From a virus, in the IMG/VR virus record IMGVR_UViG_3300045988_095785, positions 1 through 44,474 of that record: a stretch of DNA of 44,474 bases; one strand, written 5' to 3'. The notes beneath the pieces were generated by a model. The model had not been told where the DNA came from and did not search any database. It saw only the letters and a program-made list of their open reading frames with translations. Each line of letters starts with the position of its first letter. Position 1 is the first letter of the stretch. Shown in pieces: positions 40,908 through 44,474 of this stretch. The translations under genes and the position numbers were made by a program.

Positions 40908-41549
40908 ATGGAAGAGATGGTTTTACAGGAACAGAAACATGAGGTGGCAAATCCTTTTGCAGATACAGTCAGTTTTAGAAAACTTTTTGATATTGGTAAG
41001 ATGTTCGCATCATCTGCCCTTGTACCCCAGACTTATCAGAATAGGCCGATGGACTGCACCATAGCCGTAGATATGGCAAACCGGATGGGAGTTAGTCCCA
41101 TGATGGTGATGCAGAATTTGTATGTTGTCAAAGGCAAACCGCAGTGGAGTGGACAGGCGTGCATGAGCATGATCAGAGGCAGTGGAGAATTTAAAAATGT
41201 ACGCCCGGTATATACGGGGACAAAGGGAGAAGACTCCTGGGGGTGTTATATCCAGGCAGAGTACCGAGACACAGGTGAGATTGTAAAGGGGACTGAGGTC
41301 ACAATCGGTATGGCAAAAGCAGAAGACTGGTATAACAAAAACGGAAGCAAATGGAAGACCATACCAGAGCAAATGCTTGCATACAGGGCAGCCGCATTTT
41401 TCGCACGTGTTTACATCCCTAACGCTTTAATGGGGGTATATGTTGAGGGAGAAGCGGAAGATATATCCAAGGAAGAGCGTGATAGGACAGATAACCCTTT
41501 TGACATACCAACGGATGTTATGGAAGAAGCGGAGGAAGTGTTTAAATGA
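40908..41549 (+). CDS. recT: RecT-family single-strand annealing protein
   Basis: FASSALVPQTYQNRP...NLYVVKGKPQWSGQ pattern. Paired with the nuclease gene. Confidence 0.75.
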   Translation: MEEMVLQEQKHEVANPFADTVSFRKLFDIGKMFASSALVPQTYQNRPMDCTIAVDMANRMGVSPMMVMQNLYVVKGKPQWSGQACMSMIRGSGEFKNVRPVYTGTKGEDSWGCYIQAEYRDTGEIVKGTEVTIGMAKAEDWYNKNGSKWKTIPEQMLAYRAAAFFARVYIPNALMGVYVEGEAEDISKEERDRTDNPFDIPTDVMEEAEEVFK

Positions 41550-42343
41550 AGCTTACAGCAGAGAATTATTACAGTGCTGAAGCCAACCGGGAATACATAT
41601 CTGTAAGCCAGTACAAGGACTTCTGCGGGACGCTCGGTAAGCCAGCGTGCGAGGAAATGGCCCTGGCGAAGATGAACGGAGAGTGGGAAGAGGAAAAGAC
41701 AATACCTCTCCTGGTTGGCTCCTATGTAGATTCATATTTTGAAGGTACTTTGGAACAGTTCAAGACAGAAAACCCAGAACTGTTTACAAAGAAGAAAACA
41801 CTCAGGAGTGAATACAGGAAAGCGGACGATATTATAGACCGAATCGAAAGGGACCGCTTATTTATGCGATATATGAGTGGAGAGAAGCAAAGGATATTCA
41901 CAGCGGATCTGTTCGGAGCAAAGTGGAAGGCCAAACTTGACAGCTATATCCCCGGGAAATGCATTGTTGATCTGAAAGTAATGCAGTCATTAAGAAAGGC
42001 CCATTACACTCATGACTTTGGAATGATGGATTTTGTTAGATACTGGGGGTATGACATCCAGGCTGCGGTGTATCAGGAAATCGTATATGTCAATACCGGT
42101 GAGCGGCTGCCGTTTTACATAGCAGCTGCATCGAAGGAAAAAGAGACCGATATAGAGATCATCCAGGTGCCGCAGGAGTGGATAAACGAGAGGATAGTAG
42201 AGGTTAAGAGCAATACGGATAAAATATTGATGCTTAAAATCGGAGAGATTGACCCAATACGGTGTGATGTTTGTGATTACTGTAAGCATACAAAAGTGCT
42301 TACGGCTCCGATATGGCCCGATGAATTGTTGGGAGAGGTGTAA
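41546..42343 (+). CDS. PD-(D/E)XK-type exonuclease partner of RecT, with C-terminal Cys cluster
   Basis: ATGA overlap with recT. Motifs D-L-K and CDVCDYC. Confidence 0.65.
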   Translation: MKLTAENYYSAEANREYISVSQYKDFCGTLGKPACEEMALAKMNGEWEEEKTIPLLVGSYVDSYFEGTLEQFKTENPELFTKKKTLRSEYRKADDIIDRIERDRLFMRYMSGEKQRIFTADLFGAKWKAKLDSYIPGKCIVDLKVMQSLRKAHYTHDFGMMDFVRYWGYDIQAAVYQEIVYVNTGERLPFYIAAASKEKETDIEIIQVPQEWINERIVEVKSNTDKILMLKIGEIDPIRCDVCDYCKHTKVLTAPIWPDELLGEV

Positions 42344-42652
42344 ATGGATTCTATACTGACAAAATACACAGATTTTTGTGCTTTCTGCGGCAGGCCCACA
42401 ACAGAAACACATCACTTATTGATAGGCCCGGCCCGAAAGAGAGCTGACCAAGATGGACTTACTCTTCCGGTATGCAGCAATTGCCATACAATGGCAGAGC
42501 CGCTTATGAGCCTGCATAAAAATCCAATGGCGATGAAGCTGTGTAAGATGCTGGGACAGATGGCCTATGAGAAAAGAGCAGTTGCAGATGGATACACAGA
42601 AGACGAAGCACGGGAGAAATTCCGACAAAGATACAGAGAATGTTACTTGTAA
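42344..42652 (+). CDS. HNH-like small nuclease-motif protein
   Basis: CAFCG...THHLL...LPVCSNCH. Confidence 0.5.
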   Translation: MDSILTKYTDFCAFCGRPTTETHHLLIGPARKRADQDGLTLPVCSNCHTMAEPLMSLHKNPMAMKLCKMLGQMAYEKRAVADGYTEDEAREKFRQRYRECYL

Positions 42653-42727
42653 TGGATACGCGTTAAGCGGTTCATACTATATATCACGCCACTTTCCCCG
42701 GTTTCGGCCGGGGAGAAGGGAGGGCAA

Positions 42728-43144
42728 ATGACGAGAGAAGAAATACAGAAAACGGCAGAATCCTATTTTGTAAGGATAGGAGACGGTCATAAAAACGGAA
42801 TACATAGACCTGATATCAAACAGCCTGAAATGGACCGAGTAGACAGAGCGCTGCGCAGGATGATAAACCGTGAGAACAAAAACGGAGATTGCATCATCTG
42901 CGGTGATACCGGATACTACCGTCCGATACCTTCAGATCCAGTGGATGCGCTGGAATATAAGGCATACCGGAAAATGGATGATTCCAGGGCACATGACTTG
43001 ATTGTAAAAGGCCACCTTATGGATATGGCCTTTGAGAACAGGAGGAAGGAGGGAGCACATGCAGTACAGATTCGTGATCAAAGGGAAGCTGCCGGGGTTG
43101 AACGATTACCTGAAGGCAGAGAGGAGCTTTCACCGTGGGCATAG
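42728..43144 (+). CDS. hypothetical protein (138 aa), 3' end overlaps rusA
   Basis: ORF track; GGGAGGG RBS. The 86-nt overlap makes the true end uncertain. Confidence 0.5.
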   Translation: MTREEIQKTAESYFVRIGDGHKNGIHRPDIKQPEMDRVDRALRRMINRENKNGDCIICGDTGYYRPIPSDPVDALEYKAYRKMDDSRAHDLIVKGHLMDMAFENRRKEGAHAVQIRDQREAAGVERLPEGREELSPWA

Positions 43145-43472
43145 TTGCGGCAACGATATGAAGCAGGAATATCAAATGCTCGTCTCAAACGCCATTAGAG
43201 CCAGTTTAAAGCGCCAGGCGATAAAATCCCCCATCACTATCCATTACTCCTTCTACGAGCCAAATAGACGGCGTGACCTGGATAATATAGCTGCCGTGGC
43301 CCACAAGTTCATCCAGGACGCCCTGGTGAAATGCAGGGTGATAGAAAATGACGGATGGCAGTACATAAAGGGCTTTTCGGATGAGTTCCACGTGGACAAG
43401 CATAACCCTAGAATCGAAGTGACATTGATTGAGGCAGGTGATAAGGATGGAAGGGTGGATAAAGCTACATAG
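43059..43472 (+). CDS. rusA: RusA-family Holliday junction resolvase
   Basis: KGKLPGLNDY...RRRDLDNIAAVAHKFIQDALV...ENDGW pattern. AGGAAGGAGGG RBS. Confidence 0.8.
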   Translation: MQYRFVIKGKLPGLNDYLKAERSFHRGHSCGNDMKQEYQMLVSNAIRASLKRQAIKSPITIHYSFYEPNRRRDLDNIAAVAHKFIQDALVKCRVIENDGWQYIKGFSDEFHVDKHNPRIEVTLIEAGDKDGRVDKAT

Positions 43473-44172
43473 GAAAACGCTTGATAATCCTATTGTCTGC
43501 AAAGATGCTGATCATCTGGCGGTATGGGTATATCTCCTCCTGAAAGCCTCGCATGGGACATGTCCGGTGATGTTTAAGGGAGAGAAAATAATGCTTCAGC
43601 CTGGGCAGTTGATAACCGGCAGGCTTAAAATTGCCGCTGATTTATCTGTGAACGAAAGTAAGGTGAAGAGAATCTTAAACGCGTTCAAAACTGACCAGCA
43701 GATTGACCAGCAAGCAAGTAATAAAAACAGCCTGATTACAATACTTAACTGGGAATCTTATCAGAAAAGTGACCAGCAGACTGACCAACAAATGACCAGC
43801 GAACGACCAGCAAGTGACCAGCAAGTGACCACAAACAAGAATGAAAAGAATGAAAAGAATGAAAAGAATAAAACATTCAGCCCGCCTACGGCAGATGAGG
43901 TGACAGCATACTGCCGGGAAATGGGATACAAAGTCAACCCGGATGCGTTTGTTGACTTTTATGATTCCAAAGGCTGGATGGTTGGTAAAAACAAAATGAA
44001 AGACTGGAAAGCGGCTGTTAGGAATTGGAACCGTAGCCAGCGGCAGGAATCGACCGCCAAAGGGAAAGCGACGAAGTTCAGCAATTTCCAGGGACGCAAA
44101 TATGATGTTGATAGTTTAGAGAGCCAGTTATTACAGGTTGGCACAGGGAGGATAAAACATGAAAGCATATAA
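43447..44172 (+). CDS. replisome organizer / DnaD-like replication initiation protein
   Basis: N-terminal winged-helix-like WIKLHRK...; central DQQ repeats; C-terminal FVDFYDSKGWMVGKNKMKDWKAAVRNW. Confidence 0.7.
   Translation: MEGWIKLHRKTLDNPIVCKDADHLAVWVYLLLKASHGTCPVMFKGEKIMLQPGQLITGRLKIAADLSVNESKVKRILNAFKTDQQIDQQASNKNSLITILNWESYQKSDQQTDQQMTSERPASDQQVTTNKNEKNEKNEKNKTFSPPTADEVTAYCREMGYKVNPDAFVDFYDSKGWMVGKNKMKDWKAAVRNWNRSQRQESTAKGKATKFSNFQGRKYDVDSLESQLLQVGTGRIKHESI
43691..43833 (+). repeat. eight iteron-like (T/C)GACCA(G/A/C)C(A) repeats inside the replisome organizer gene (candidate ori)
   Basis: Copies begin near 43692, 43704, 43770, 43782, 43793, 43804, 43815 and 43826. Confidence 0.75.
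43837..43870 (+). repeat. tandem 9-bp repeat AAGAATGAA, about 3.7 copies
   Basis: Encodes NEKNEKNEKNK. AT-rich and directly after the iterons. Confidence 0.85.
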
Positions 44173-44474
44173 AGGATTTAAAAATGACATGACGTGTAGA
44201 GGTTTCCGGTACGAAGAAGGAAAAGAGTACCACGAAGAACGCGCAGAATGCTGCGATACAGGATTCCATGCTTGTGAATATCCACTTGACTGCTTTAGGT
44301 ATTATGCGCCTGCAGATAGCGTATACCATGAGGTCGAACAGACAGGAGACATTGATAAATCTGAAGGTGACAGCAAAGTAGCTTCCACAGAGATAAAAAT
44401 AGGAGCGAAGATTGGTATACCCGGTCTGGTGCAAGCAGCTATAGAATACACATCAAAACGGTGTGAAAAAAAAG
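44159..44474 (+). CDS. N-terminal part of the wrap-around gene (DUF7666-like N-terminus MKAYKGF..MTCRGF.YEEGKEY)
   Basis: ATG 44159. Open to the window end and continues in frame at position 100 of the window after the 99-nt overlap. Confidence 0.8.
   Translation, partial: MKAYKGFKNDMTCRGFRYEEGKEYHEERAECCDTGFHACEYPLDCFRYYAPADSVYHEVEQTGDIDKSEGDSKVASTEIKIGAKIGIPGLVQAAIEYTSKRCEKK
44376..44474. repeat. 99-nt terminal sequence identical to 1..99
   Basis: Direct comparison. Confidence 0.95.

Noticed and set aside
42728-43472. Programmed frameshift fusing ORF 42728..43144 with rusA
   Set aside because: rusA has its own strong RBS (AGGAAGGAGGG) and its own ATG at 43059, and no slippery heptamer was seen in the overlap. 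A simple gene overlap or an over-extended upstream ORF is more likely.

Overview
The window is a complete, circularly closed temperate tailed-phage or prophage genome. The first 99 nt are identical to the last 99 nt, leaving about 44,375 bp of unique sequence. The host looks like a Firmicutes/Clostridia-type bacterium, judged from GAAC-N4-GTTC SOS boxes, sigmaA-type promoters, a GH25 endolysin and an ImmA/XRE immunity pair.

Module order on the + strand:
- 1-6131: early/accessory genes. These include a MazG-like protein, a Mom/XF1762-like GNAT-fold protein with a DPPH methyltransferase, several zinc-ribbon proteins and a sigma-region-4-type late activator.
- 6139-7080: an ORF-free, stem-rich locus of about 700 nt ending in tRNA-Asn.
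- 7086-9113: a low-GC three-gene cassette, followed by a second tRNA-like gene.
- 9275-9508: a LexA DNA-binding-domain-only gene behind an SOS-box promoter.
- 9547-31124: packaging, head and siphovirus-type tail genes (TerS, TerL, portal, gp7-like protein, scaffold, capsid, 1590-aa tape measure, Dit, Tal, BppU-like protein, receptor-binding protein).
- 31208-32938: lysis cassette.
- 33000-36020: accessory island with a Panacea/SocA-type antitoxin pair, an AbrB-like regulon, small-RNA candidates and a second SOS-box promoter.
- 36332-38943: lysogeny module (integrase, ImmA, XRE repressor, Cro-like protein).
- 39085-44172: replication/recombination genes (ORF6N protein, RecT, PD-(D/E)XK nuclease, HNH-like protein, RusA, replisome organizer with internal iterons).
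- One gene wraps across the contig junction (44159..end joined to 1..512).

Best candidates for new biology:
1. The GHKL-ATPase + STAS-like + membrane-protein cassette flanked by tRNAs.
2. The large structured RNA locus (ROOL/GOLLD-like context).
3. A phage SOS-box network paired with a cleavage-domain-less LexA.
4. The DNA-modification operon with a duplicated 5' leader.

All family assignments come from motif recognition by eye. No searches were run.
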